From a virus: 47,370 nucleotides of DNA. Every line of letters begins with the position of its first letter. Position 1 is the stretch's first letter. The position numbers were made by a program, and so were the translations under genes. Positions 40,328 to 47,370 of this stretch are shown here, piece by piece. Under the pieces are notes generated by a model. That model had not been told where the DNA came from. It did not search any database and saw only the letters and a program-made list of their open reading frames with translations. The stretch lies in the IMG/VR virus record IMGVR_UViG_3300045988_092515, positions 1 through 47,370 of that record, one strand, 5' to 3'.

Positions 40328-40351
40328 TGGCGGAGAAGGAGGGATTTGAAC
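40328..40351 (-). mobile_element. attP core candidate: the 3'-terminal 24 nt of a class II tRNA (Ser-type), minus strand
   Basis: The reverse complement reads GTTCAAATCCCTCCTTCTCCGCCA, i.e. T loop, T stem 3' strand, acceptor 3' strand CTTCTCC, discriminator G and CCA. Similarity to a tRNA stops inside the T loop. Confidence 0.6.
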
Positions 40352-40363
40352 TATCACTTTTTC

Positions 40364-40378
40364 GTTGAAAATCAAAGG
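40364..40378. repeat. Core-flanking direct repeat copy 2 (GTTGAAAATCAAAGG)
   Basis: See 40284..40298. Confidence 0.6.
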
Positions 40379-40390
40379 TTTTTTACGCCA

Positions 40391-40408
40391 TTGACTAAAA
40401 TTTGACTA
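40391..40408. repeat. Arm-type direct repeat copy 2 (TTGACTAAAATTTGACTA)
   Basis: Perfect copy that abuts the integrase stop codon. Confidence 0.7.
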
Positions 40409-41455
40409 TCATTCCTTTTCTGGGGTTTCAAACTCATAATTTGCCCCTAGTAGTTTTTTGTTCACCTTCCTGGAATGTACCTCTCGGATGTGTGTATAAA
40501 TATCCTTGGTAGTGGATTCTTGGGCGTGTCCCAATAATTTTTGAGCGTCTTTCGTTCTGATGTCTTCTTCGTACAACAGGGTAGCGTATGCGTGGCGGAT
40601 AGGATGTGGAGTGCAGGTTACGCCGGATTCGCGCTTATATTTTGCCCAGCACCCTTCAAAAACCCCTTCTGTCATCAGCTTTCCGTATTTGTCCGGGAAA
40701 ATCAATCCCTTGCTCTTCTGGGTGATGATTTTATCTTCCAGGGCTTTCAACAGGGGTAAGGGGCGGATTCCGTTCTCGGTCTTTGGGGCTTTTATTTTTT
40801 TTACACCGAGAGCAGACACGCGGGATTTAGTAACGTGAATCAATTTTTCTTTGAAATCCACGTCCTCCCAGCGCAGGGCGAGTAGTTCACCACGCCGCAA
40901 TCCTGTGTAGAGCGTCCAATATGCGAACATCCCGAATGTGCATTCTGTCGAATGGATCACTCGCTTTATATCATCGTCGCTAGCTATCTGCCGTTTCTTT
41001 TTTGGTAGGCCTGCCGGTATCTCTATCTCCCGACAAGCGTTGATCCTTGTGTATCCGTGCGCCACGGCGTACTTGCAAATCATGTTGATAACAGAACGCT
41101 GTGTGCTAGCTGTTTTCCGCGCTGGATGCTGTTCGGCAACATAGCGCATTAAAAATGCGTTGATGTCCACGGGTTCAATTTCGGTTATCTGCCTATCGCC
41201 TAGAGCCTCGATAGCTCGGCGGATGGGGGCATAGTACGATTTCTTTGTGTTGATTTCCAGCCCTTCAACGTAGTTCTCCTGCCACTCTTCGGCGATAGCG
41301 CCAAATGTCCGGGCTTGTTCCTGTTCCTGTTCGTACTGGTTAATCTTTTCCAGCACTTCCCGTTTTGTCCTGCCATAGAAAAATTTGGTTTTCTTTTGGC
41401 CGTTTACAACAATGGGCAAGTTTTCTTGCCATCTTCCGTCTACGCGTTTGTACAT
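40409..41455 (-). CDS. int: Tyrosine recombinase (phage integrase)
   Basis: N-terminal SAM-like region. Catalytic region RRGELLALRWEDVD...PHPIRHAYATLLYEEDIRTKDAQKLLGHAQESTTKDIYTHI. Confidence 0.9.
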   Translation of the reverse strand: MYKRVDGRWQENLPIVVNGQKKTKFFYGRTKREVLEKINQYEQEQEQARTFGAIAEEWQENYVEGLEINTKKSYYAPIRRAIEALGDRQITEIEPVDINAFLMRYVAEQHPARKTASTQRSVINMICKYAVAHGYTRINACREIEIPAGLPKKKRQIASDDDIKRVIHSTECTFGMFAYWTLYTGLRRGELLALRWEDVDFKEKLIHVTKSRVSALGVKKIKAPKTENGIRPLPLLKALEDKIITQKSKGLIFPDKYGKLMTEGVFEGCWAKYKRESGVTCTPHPIRHAYATLLYEEDIRTKDAQKLLGHAQESTTKDIYTHIREVHSRKVNKKLLGANYEFETPEKE

Positions 41456-41696
41456 TGAATTTTCCTCCTGTGTGTGCTACACTAGCAGGGACTAGCAGCG
41501 TAGCAGCGTTGTCTAGTCGGGTTTATAGGGGGAGCTGCCTGCACTCGAATTTTGGGCGGCTCCTCTCTTTTTGTTCAATATGTCCATGCTCCACCCTTGC
41601 ATTGGCACAGCGTCCCTGCTATACTGATACCGATGCAACGCGGAGAAGTTAAAAAGTTGCAGTTTTCTCCTAGCCGTGGGGGCTAGGTGCAAGAAA

Positions 41697-41736
41697 GCCG
41701 TCTGGGAATTCAGGGTCCCGGACGGCTTTTCTTTTT
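41697..41736. terminator. Terminator hairpin between the lipoprotein gene and int
   Basis: GCCGTCTGGGA-attcaggg-TCCCGGACGGC followed by TTTTCTTTTT, with an A-rich tract on the other side. Confidence 0.6.
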
Positions 41737-42277
41737 AGCTTAATTGTGCAGGATCAAATTCCTGTGTTGCTTTGTCAGCGCCGCCAAGGAAAACGCTCAA
41801 TTCAAATTCTACCTTAGATGTTGTGTTGGGTAATTCGTAGGCAAGCTGAAAATCTTGGGTGGTTCCAGGGCGAATATCCTTCCATTGTGCATCCCCGTCA
41901 TAAACACCATCCCGATCTTCGACAGCAGCGTTTTCTAACTGTACGCCGTCCTGGAACGCCTGCCCCATCAAAGCGGCCAGCGCGGATGTGGTTTCTTCGC
42001 TGTTGTTCGTCCAGGTGCAATCAACGATGATAGCATCGTTTCCTTCTATGTCTTTCGCGAGGGAAGCGCCCTTGATGGCGAAATCATAGCTATCAGTGGA
42101 AATGCTTGCAGTATCTTTGGGCGTTTCTTCGTCCTTGGCAGTGTCAGCGGCCTGGGTGGTATTCTCTGCGTTGTTTTCGTTGGTATCAGTTGTCGTACCA
42201 GCATCACCACCGCCACAGGCGCACAATGTCAGGGCCAGGGCAGAGCCGAACAGAATAGCGGCTATACGTTTTTTCAT
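41735..42277 (-). CDS. Lipoprotein (DUF4352/DUF5067-like Ig-fold domain)
   Basis: Signal peptide plus lipobox MKKRIAAILFGSALALTLCACGG. C-terminal ...DAIIVDCTWTNNSEETTSA... Confidence 0.7.
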   Translation of the reverse strand: MKKRIAAILFGSALALTLCACGGGDAGTTTDTNENNAENTTQAADTAKDEETPKDTASISTDSYDFAIKGASLAKDIEGNDAIIVDCTWTNNSEETTSALAALMGQAFQDGVQLENAAVEDRDGVYDGDAQWKDIRPGTTQDFQLAYELPNTTSKVEFELSVFLGGADKATQEFDPAQLS

Positions 42278-42720
42278 TGGGCACCATCCACTTTCTCTAG
42301 GGTGGCGGTAACGGTGCTACCGTCCACAGTCACGTCATAAGTGATCTTGCCGTCCTGGTAGGTGAATGTCTTGGTTTCGTCCGGGGATGCCATGAGCGCG
42401 GTGCTAGTCTGCTCTGTGTCGTTCTGGGAATCCCAGGTGTAAGGTTCATCTGCCGTGGTGGGTGCGGTGTAGGTACCAGCCCAGTACAGCATAGAATCAC
42501 CATCTACCACCCAATCGACCGTGATGGAATCGTCGGTGATGGTGGCTTTCTGGCTCACCTCATCGGACAGTTTGGCTTCCCATTCGCCCACCAAACTAGG
42601 TGGGGTTGCCTGCTTGGAATCTGCTGCCGGTGCATCCGTCGTGCTGCCACTGCTCCCACAGGCGCACAAGGACAGCATCAACAGGGTACCGGTCAGGCCT
42701 GCTAAGACTCTTTTATTCAT
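42274..42720 (-). CDS. Lipoprotein (second, tandem)
   Basis: GGAGGT RBS before MNKRVLAGLTGTLLMLSLCACGSSG. It has the same LxLCACG lipobox as its neighbour. Confidence 0.7.
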   Translation of the reverse strand: MNKRVLAGLTGTLLMLSLCACGSSGSTTDAPAADSKQATPPSLVGEWEAKLSDEVSQKATITDDSITVDWVVDGDSMLYWAGTYTAPTTADEPYTWDSQNDTEQTSTALMASPDETKTFTYQDGKITYDVTVDGSTVTATLEKVDGAQ

Positions 42721-42768
42721 TTTTACCTCCAAATATATTTATTGCCGCCCTCCGGCGGCATTGGGAAC

Positions 42769-43194
42769 TCAGTACCTCACCCAACCCAGTCCACCGTTGA
42801 ATATGTCGATCAACAGGAACACAATAGCCCCGAATAGGGTAGCCAAAAGCGCAATGGAAAATATGCGCTTCTGCTTTCGTTCGTATTCCAGGTGCTTCAA
42901 CAGCCCTGCAATGCGCTGCTTATAAGCTTCCTCTAGGTGGTTCTGTGATTCCTCTAACTGGGCCAGGGTGGTATTACTTCTCATGGCGCGTTCATCCTGC
43001 GCCGCTTTCTCCGCTCTTAACATTTGCATGATTGCGTCCGCAATGTCCGGCGGCGGTTCGGATTGCCCGTTGATATAACGGCTCACCATACTCTCGGAGC
43101 TGTTACATGTAGCGGCAATTTCTCTTAGTGTTACTCTTGTTTCTTCCTTCAACTCCTTTGCTGCCTTGGCAAATTTTCCACCATCATCACCCAC
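42769..43194 (-). CDS. Membrane-anchored XRE-type HTH protein
   Basis: VTLREIAATCNSSESMVSRYINGQSEPPPDIADAIM, a coiled region, and the C-terminal TM IFSIALLATLFGAIVFLLIDIF. Confidence 0.6.
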   Translation of the reverse strand: MGDDGGKFAKAAKELKEETRVTLREIAATCNSSESMVSRYINGQSEPPPDIADAIMQMLRAEKAAQDERAMRSNTTLAQLEESQNHLEEAYKQRIAGLLKHLEYERKQKRIFSIALLATLFGAIVFLLIDIFNGGLGWVRY

Positions 43195-43388
43195 GTTTCT
43201 ACATCTCCGTTCATTGCAAGGGGGGATGCAAAATATTGAAAGGCCCCTTGCGTAGTTTGCAATGGATATTCCACGCCTTCCATGTTATGGTAATCCAAGG
43301 AAAATTGGGAAAGGGACGATCGGGGAAGGGAACTCGCAAACCACCCCGCGCCCCACGTTTACACCACGGGTATAATGGAGGTACAGGG

Positions 43389-43505
43389 ATGGATCGCTTA
43401 CTGTTGCTGGGGAAGATTCAGGCTATTCTTAATGGCCTGACAGACAGAGAGCTGCGGATGTTGTACAACCGCCTACTCACCGCGAAAAATGGGAGGATAA
43501 CATGA
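43389..43505 (+). CDS. Possible small ORF (38 aa)
   Basis: GGAGGT-like RBS before the ATG at 43389. Translation is MDRLLLLGKIQAILNGLTDRELRMLYNRLLTAKNGRIT. Confidence 0.25.
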   Translation: MDRLLLLGKIQAILNGLTDRELRMLYNRLLTAKNGRIT

Positions 43506-43573
43506 CTACAACCTATGGAAACAACGACCGATTGACGGAAATCATCAACCAGTGTCAAGAGCCGCGCAGGGTG

Positions 43574-43963
43574 TTAGCCCTGCTTGCCCTTATTGTTAAA
43601 CCATGCTTGAATCAGAACGACAACACTAGAGAGGAAATCCAGATCAGCGTCGGTGATGTGTTCACCCGGCTTGGTGATACCCAGGCCGACTAACACAGCC
43701 TCGACCTCTTCCTTCGTTACAAGGTCCTTCTGTCTCGCAGATTGCGGGGCGGGAGGATCTTTTTCGTTCCCATCAGCGAAGCCAAGTAAGAAATCAACGC
43801 TTGTTCTGCAAAATCTCGCTATTTGAACCAGTAAGTCAGACTTAGGATCATGTTTCCCGGTTTCGTATCCATGCAGTGTTGCCGGGGCGATTCCGAGAAG
43901 TTTTGCGAGTTCTCTTTGCGACAGGTTGGCCGCTTCCCGCGCCTCTCTGATTTTGAATTCCAT
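43574..43963 (-). CDS. CI-like repressor (XRE HTH)
   Basis: MEFKIREAREAANLSQRELAKLLGIAPATLHGYETGKHDPKSDLLVQIARFCRTSVDFLLG. It is divergent from the cro-like gene. Confidence 0.8.
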   Translation of the reverse strand: MEFKIREAREAANLSQRELAKLLGIAPATLHGYETGKHDPKSDLLVQIARFCRTSVDFLLGFADGNEKDPPAPQSARQKDLVTKEEVEAVLVGLGITKPGEHITDADLDFLSSVVVLIQAWFNNKGKQG

Positions 43964-43994
43964 ATTGAAATCCTCGCTTTCTTTCGACAGCTAT

Positions 43995-44023
43995 ATAATA
44001 GCGCATTGCTTTGGAAATGTCAA
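43995..44023 (-). promoter_or_regulatory. Leftward promoter for the repressor gene, TTGACA-17-TATTAT
   Basis: The minus strand reads TTGACAtttccaaagcaatgcgcTATTAT. Confidence 0.6.
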
Positions 44024-44027
44024 CAAG

Positions 44028-44042
44028 AAATTCGAGATTCTC
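44028..44042. promoter_or_regulatory. Operator 1 (AAATTCGAGATTCTC, palindromic core GAGA-T-TCTC)
   Basis: It shares 14 of 15 nt with operator 2. It lies next to the leftward -35. Confidence 0.55.
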
Positions 44043-44063
44043 TAACTTTTTGCGAAAAACCTC

Positions 44064-44092
44064 TTGACAAATTCGAGAATCTCAACTATGAT
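44064..44092 (+). promoter_or_regulatory. Rightward promoter for the cro-like gene, TTGACA-17-TATGAT
   Basis: TTGACAaattcgagaatctcaacTATGAT. Operator 2 (44069-44083) fills the spacer. Confidence 0.65.
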
Positions 44093-44102
44093 ATAACCAG
44101 AG

Positions 44103-44117
44103 TTTGAGAAACTCAAA
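44103..44117. promoter_or_regulatory. Operator 3 (TTTGAG-AAA-CTCAAA palindrome)
   Basis: Perfect 6-bp arms, located between the rightward -10 and the RBS of the cro-like gene. Confidence 0.5.
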
Positions 44118-44141
44118 TTTTTACTAGAAGGGAGAGGTTAG

Positions 44142-44354
44142 ATGAGGGCGAACATCGAGGCCGAACGTGGCCGCAAGCGGATTCCAAAGTATAAGTTATC
44201 CCGGATGCTTGGCATCTCCCAGGAAACTTATAACCGGTATATCAACGGCGAGAATTCTATTCCGTCCGATGTGCTTGTAAATATGCGAAACATCTTCGGG
44301 TGTTCCATTGATTATCTGCTCGGTGTCATTGACGAACGACAGGAAATCAGCTGA
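44142..44354 (+). CDS. Cro-like XRE HTH regulator
   Basis: KYKLSRMLGISQETYNRYINGENSIPSDVLVNMRNIFGCSIDYLLG. GGGAGAGG RBS. Confidence 0.75.
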   Translation: MRANIEAERGRKRIPKYKLSRMLGISQETYNRYINGENSIPSDVLVNMRNIFGCSIDYLLGVIDERQEIS

Positions 44355-44368
44355 AAGGAGGCGATACC

Positions 44369-44785
44369 ATGGCGAAGAAGTTTGTAGTGAAACCAGAGAA
44401 CGGCAAGGTTGCCGTCCTGGTTGATGGGACGGAGATCGAGGACGTTACCGCCTACACCATCCGGGAACACGCCGAGAACAGCTATGCGGAAGTCACGCTG
44501 TCCTTCATTGTGTTGGACAAGTGGCTTGTGTTCAAGGGTGAGGATACCGACGGGCCGAAGAAACCTGACCCGGCCTATCTGAAAGTCCTGCAAGAGGACC
44601 TAGCCCACGCAAAAACCAGGCTGGAAAACGCCGACCCGGAAGGTAAGCTGTACGCACTGCAAGTGCTGTGCGAAGTGTTGCGAGAGATCGACCGCTACAT
44701 GGCTTACAACAAGGAAAGGGGGAAAGAAGATGGAGAAAGCAACATTTCACGACCATCTGACCCGTCTCCGGGAACTGTTTCCTGA
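44369..44785 (+). CDS. Hypothetical early protein
   Basis: AAGGAGG RBS and a 138-aa ORF. Confidence 0.5.
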   Translation: MAKKFVVKPENGKVAVLVDGTEIEDVTAYTIREHAENSYAEVTLSFIVLDKWLVFKGEDTDGPKKPDPAYLKVLQEDLAHAKTRLENADPEGKLYALQVLCEVLREIDRYMAYNKERGKEDGESNISRPSDPSPGTVS

Positions 44786-44942
44786 GCGGGAGACGATCAC
44801 GGTAGCGGAAGCCGCCCGACTGGTGGGGTGTAAGCCCCAGACCTTGCGGGAGAGCCGCGATTTCCCGATGAAGCCCGTTGGACGGGCGAAACGGTACCAC
44901 GTAGTACCTATCATCAACTTGGCCCGTTGGATGGCCTGTTGA
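44730..44942 (+). CDS. Small DNA-binding (excisionase/PrtN-like HTH) protein
   Basis: ITVAEAARLVGCKPQTLRESRDFPMKPVGRAKRYHVVPIINLARWM. Confidence 0.5.
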   Translation: MEKATFHDHLTRLRELFPERETITVAEAARLVGCKPQTLRESRDFPMKPVGRAKRYHVVPIINLARWMAC

Positions 44943-44973
44943 AAGGTTGGTGTAGGAAACGCGAAGAAAATAT

Positions 44974-45327
44974 GTGCTGACCGATGAGGTTAAACGAATC
45001 GGCGATAAAAAGCTGTATCGCATTCGTGCTGCGGTATCGTTTGGAGATGTGAAAGAGTGGGACAAAGGTGGGTTTGTTCAATCCACCGCGAACCTGTCCC
45101 ACGCAGGAATGTGCTGGATATACGACGGTGCATGTGTGTTTGATTATGCGCGTGTTTCTGATGATGCTATCGTCTGCGAAAACGCCTGGGTATACGAACG
45201 GGCGAAAATCAAGGAGCGTGCCTGGGTTGGCGGAAACGCCGAGGTCTACGGTTTTGCCACGATAACGGGCGAGGCATGGATTGGAGACGATGCCGTTGTA
45301 TCTGGTAGGCAAACAATAGCGGAATGA
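44974..45327 (+). CDS. Left-handed beta-helix (hexapeptide-repeat/bactofilin-like) protein
   Basis: Periodic ...ACVFDYARVSDDAIVCENAWVYERAKIKERAWVGGNAEVYGFATITGEAWIGDDAVVSG. GTG start with a weak RBS. Confidence 0.45.
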   Translation: MLTDEVKRIGDKKLYRIRAAVSFGDVKEWDKGGFVQSTANLSHAGMCWIYDGACVFDYARVSDDAIVCENAWVYERAKIKERAWVGGNAEVYGFATITGEAWIGDDAVVSGRQTIAE

Positions 45328-45340
45328 AAGGGGAACAATA

Positions 45341-45568
45341 ATGACTACTGTACAGGAAATCAAAACCCGCAACACCGAGCGGGAATGGGCTGATATCGAG
45401 GCCCTGGTACGGGCTATCAGCCCCACGCTGGAAAAGAACGCCAAGAATCGGCGTGATGAGGAAGTCCGCAAGGCGCGGGAAGCCAGGCGGAAGCGTATCC
45501 GCAACCGGCGCAAGGCGAACATCAACGCCGCCTTGCATAACGCCGGTATCCCACTGCGGTTGGTGTGA
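45341..45568 (+). CDS. Small basic hypothetical protein
   Basis: RBS-like GAAAGGGGA and a 75-aa Arg/Lys-rich ORF. Confidence 0.45.
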   Translation: MTTVQEIKTRNTEREWADIEALVRAISPTLEKNAKNRRDEEVRKAREARRKRIRNRRKANINAALHNAGIPLRLV

Positions 45569-45879
45569 GCGTCATGAAGCACGAATTCACGGTGTCCGCT
45601 CAGAAGCCATGGCGGGATACCAAAGTGGGTAGCGCTGAACGTCGTGGGCCGTACCGTAAAGGCGAAAACCCGGAGCTGGTTGAAATCTGCCTGAAATGCC
45701 CACGCGAGACGTGTAGACCGAATGACTGCAAGTATTTGCAGAACCCACGGGAAAAGTTCCCGATTCCACCCTATTTTGCCGTCCGGCTTCGGGCTGGGTG
45801 GTCAAAAGCTAAACTGGCCCGGCAGTACGGCGTCACGGTCTACCGGGTGCGGAAGTGGGCCGAAAAGCTGGGGAAATGA
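45565..45879 (+). CDS. Small protein with a Cys cluster and a C-terminal HTH
   Basis: CLKCPRETCRPNDCKY and AGWSKAKLARQYGVTVYRVRKWAEKLG. Confidence 0.45.
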   Translation: MSVMKHEFTVSAQKPWRDTKVGSAERRGPYRKGENPELVEICLKCPRETCRPNDCKYLQNPREKFPIPPYFAVRLRAGWSKAKLARQYGVTVYRVRKWAEKLGK

Positions 45880-45969
45880 AAATGCCGCCCACAGGGGGGT
45901 GAAACCCTGCAAGCGGCAAAGGAAAGAAAAAGCTATGGACATAGTACCAGAAAGGACGGGATTTGTCAA

Positions 45970-46188
45970 ATGGAAAACAATGAACAGAAGTTGGAACTGT
46001 TCCCGATGAATGTGAGCATTTCGCTCCCTTTGGAAAAAGCGAAAATGTTCATCGCGGCTGATTTCGATGATTTCATCGACTATCTGATCGGAAATTACTG
46101 CTACGCAGTGTACCGCTATTTCGCCGAGCACGACGAGCAGCTTAAAGGCTGGATTCGACAAGGAGGTATGGCAGATGACCCTTTTTGA
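45970..46188 (+). CDS. Hypothetical protein
   Basis: 72-aa ORF with no clear RBS. Confidence 0.35.
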   Translation: MENNEQKLELFPMNVSISLPLEKAKMFIAADFDDFIDYLIGNYCYAVYRYFAEHDEQLKGWIRQGGMADDPF

Positions 46189-46681
46189 GATCGACGGCAA
46201 AATTCTGACGGCTATCGCCCACGGCACCGACCCGGAGACCGGGGAGATCAACAACCTGGACGAACTCATGGGCCTGCAAATGGAGCGGGACCAGAAGATC
46301 GAGAACATCGCCTGCCTGATTAAAAACTTGAAGGACGATGTGCGCGGCCTGAAAGCAGAGGCCCAGGCCCTCACCGAGCGCCGCCGGGTGGCTGAGAACA
46401 AGGTAGCACGGTTGGAAGCCGTGCTTGACGAGGCCCTGGATGGGCAGAAGTTCCAGACGCCCCGCTGTGTGGTATCCTTCCGCAACAGCAAGGCCGTAGA
46501 GGTGGACGATGAGGATGCCCTCATCAATTGGGCTTGCCTGAATGGCCAGGAGGACAATTTCGTCCGCTACCGCGCCCCGGAGATCAACAAAGCTAATCTG
46601 CTGCGGTACCTGAAAGAGGAACACCTGCTGGACCCGCCTGGTGTGCGGCTGGTGGAACGGCGCAGCTTGGGGGTGAAATGA
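46175..46681 (+). CDS. Siphovirus Gp157-like protein
   Basis: MTLFEIDGKILTAI...DELMGLQMERDQKIENIACLIKNLKDDVRGLKAEAQALTERRR. GGAGGT RBS. It lies upstream of the annealing protein gene. Confidence 0.55.
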   Translation: MTLFEIDGKILTAIAHGTDPETGEINNLDELMGLQMERDQKIENIACLIKNLKDDVRGLKAEAQALTERRRVAENKVARLEAVLDEALDGQKFQTPRCVVSFRNSKAVEVDDEDALINWACLNGQEDNFVRYRAPEINKANLLRYLKEEHLLDPPGVRLVERRSLGVK

Positions 46682-47310
46682 TGGACAACATGGAACTGTA
46701 CAACGCATTGCGCGAGGTACCAGGAAACGCCCAGAAACATATCGGCGGCGGCCGGTTGAAGGGTATGACGGACATCAATCCCATGTGGCGCATTCAGGCG
46801 TTGACGGAACAGTTTGGCCCCTGTGGTATCGGTTGGAGATACGAGATCACCAACAAAACGTTACAGCCTGGAGCCAACGGCGAGATTGCTGCATTCGTTG
46901 ATATTATGCTGTACTACGTTGCTAAGGACACCGGCGAGATTAGCGCCGGAGTTCCTGGAACTGGTGGCTCGATGTTCGTCACCAAGGAAAAGAATGGCAT
47001 GTACACCAGCGACGAGTGCTTCAAAATGGCGCTTACTGATGCTATCAGTGTAGCAGCAAAAGCTTTGGGTGTTGGGGCGGATGTTTACTGGCAAGCTGGC
47101 CGGACAAAGTACAACAACCCGGAACCGGCAGAACAAACCACTCTGCCAAAATGTGAACAGTGCGGCAGTGATATTATCGCCACGTTCTCCAAAAAAGGGC
47201 AACTTCTCAGCCCTAATTTCCTGGCTGACTACAGCCGGAAAAAATTCGGGCGGTGCCTGTGTTCCGATTGCATGAAACATGCAGAACAACAGGATGAAAG
47301 CGCCGGATGA
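46678..47310 (+). CDS. Rad52-like single-strand annealing protein (Sak-type)
   Basis: GGGRLKGMTDINPMWRIQALTEQFGPCGIGWRYEI..., plus a C-terminal C-x2-C...C-x2-C zinc ribbon. Confidence 0.55.
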   Translation: MMDNMELYNALREVPGNAQKHIGGGRLKGMTDINPMWRIQALTEQFGPCGIGWRYEITNKTLQPGANGEIAAFVDIMLYYVAKDTGEISAGVPGTGGSMFVTKEKNGMYTSDECFKMALTDAISVAAKALGVGADVYWQAGRTKYNNPEPAEQTTLPKCEQCGSDIIATFSKKGQLLSPNFLADYSRKKFGRCLCSDCMKHAEQQDESAG

Positions 47311-47370
47311 GAACGCCAACAGAGGTGCTGCAAGGCCGTATCGTTGATTACGATGAACGAACGGCAGAGC
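47307..47370 (+). CDS. 5' end (first 21 codons) of the wrap-around HNH-like gene that continues at 1..714
   Basis: The ATG at 47307 overlaps the TGA of the upstream gene (ATGA). The frame ATG AGA ACG CCA ACA GAG GTG... runs in phase into the ORF listed at 10..714. Confidence 0.6.
   Translation, partial: MRTPTEVLQGRIVDYDERTAE
47316..47370. repeat. Terminal direct repeat copy 2 (identical to 1..55)
   Basis: Exact 55-nt identity with the window start. Confidence 0.95.

Noticed and set aside
43502-43693. 63-aa plus-strand ORF
   Set aside because: Its last 120 nt overlap the convincing CI-like repressor gene on the opposite strand. It has no family signal.
45802-46708. 251-aa and 188-aa minus-strand ORFs
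   Set aside because: They lie antisense to the Gp157-like gene and its neighbours, with no RBS. The whole early region is transcribed rightward from the cro-side promoter.
1-47370. CRISPR arrays, rRNA genes, transposases or IS elements
   Set aside because: No regularly spaced identical repeats, rRNA-like sequence or transposase motifs were seen on either strand.

Overview
This window is a complete, circularly closed genome of a temperate siphovirus-type phage or excised prophage. The unique length is about 47.3 kb, because bases 1-55 are repeated exactly at 47316-47370. One gene runs across that junction. The strong AGGAGG-type ribosome-binding sites, the genome-encoded CCA, and the A118/SPP1-like head and tail gene set point to a Gram-positive host, probably clostridial.

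Gene order:
- Plus strand, 46175 through the junction to 3242: recombination and replication genes. These are a Gp157-like protein, a Rad52-like annealing protein, the wrap-around HNH-like gene, an excisionase-type HTH, SSB, a replisome organizer, a G39P-like helicase loader and a RusA-like resolvase.
- 3279-10603: small early genes. They include nucleotide-pool enzymes (dCTP deaminase, MazG-like, DUF4406-like, a divergent ThyX-like protein), three tandem Lar-like zinc-ribbon proteins and two HNH homing endonucleases.
- 10604-11680: an ORF-free, hairpin-dense RNA locus with a tRNA-Ser(GCU) inside it.
- 11681-34109: a ParB-methyltransferase fusion, then the late genes. These are terS, terL, portal, a minor capsid gene split by a homing endonuclease, scaffold, major capsid, connectors, tail tube, chaperones, a 1158-aa tape measure, tail tip and fibre, holin, amidase endolysin and a small sigma-region-4-like protein.
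- 34143-36610, minus strand: two small transcription units, each driven by a copy of the same ~97-bp promoter/operator cassette.
- 36971-40143, plus strand: a seven-gene cassette of unusual low-complexity, cysteine-rich and membrane proteins.
- 40144-44354: an attP region carrying the 3' end of a host class II tRNA, the tyrosine integrase, two lipoproteins, a membrane-anchored HTH protein and a CI/Cro-type switch with three operators.

No rRNA, CRISPR array, transposase or reverse transcriptase was seen. The two best candidates for something undescribed are the 1.08-kb structured RNA locus and the seven-gene cassette. All protein functions are inferred by eye from motifs, so they need profile searches to confirm.
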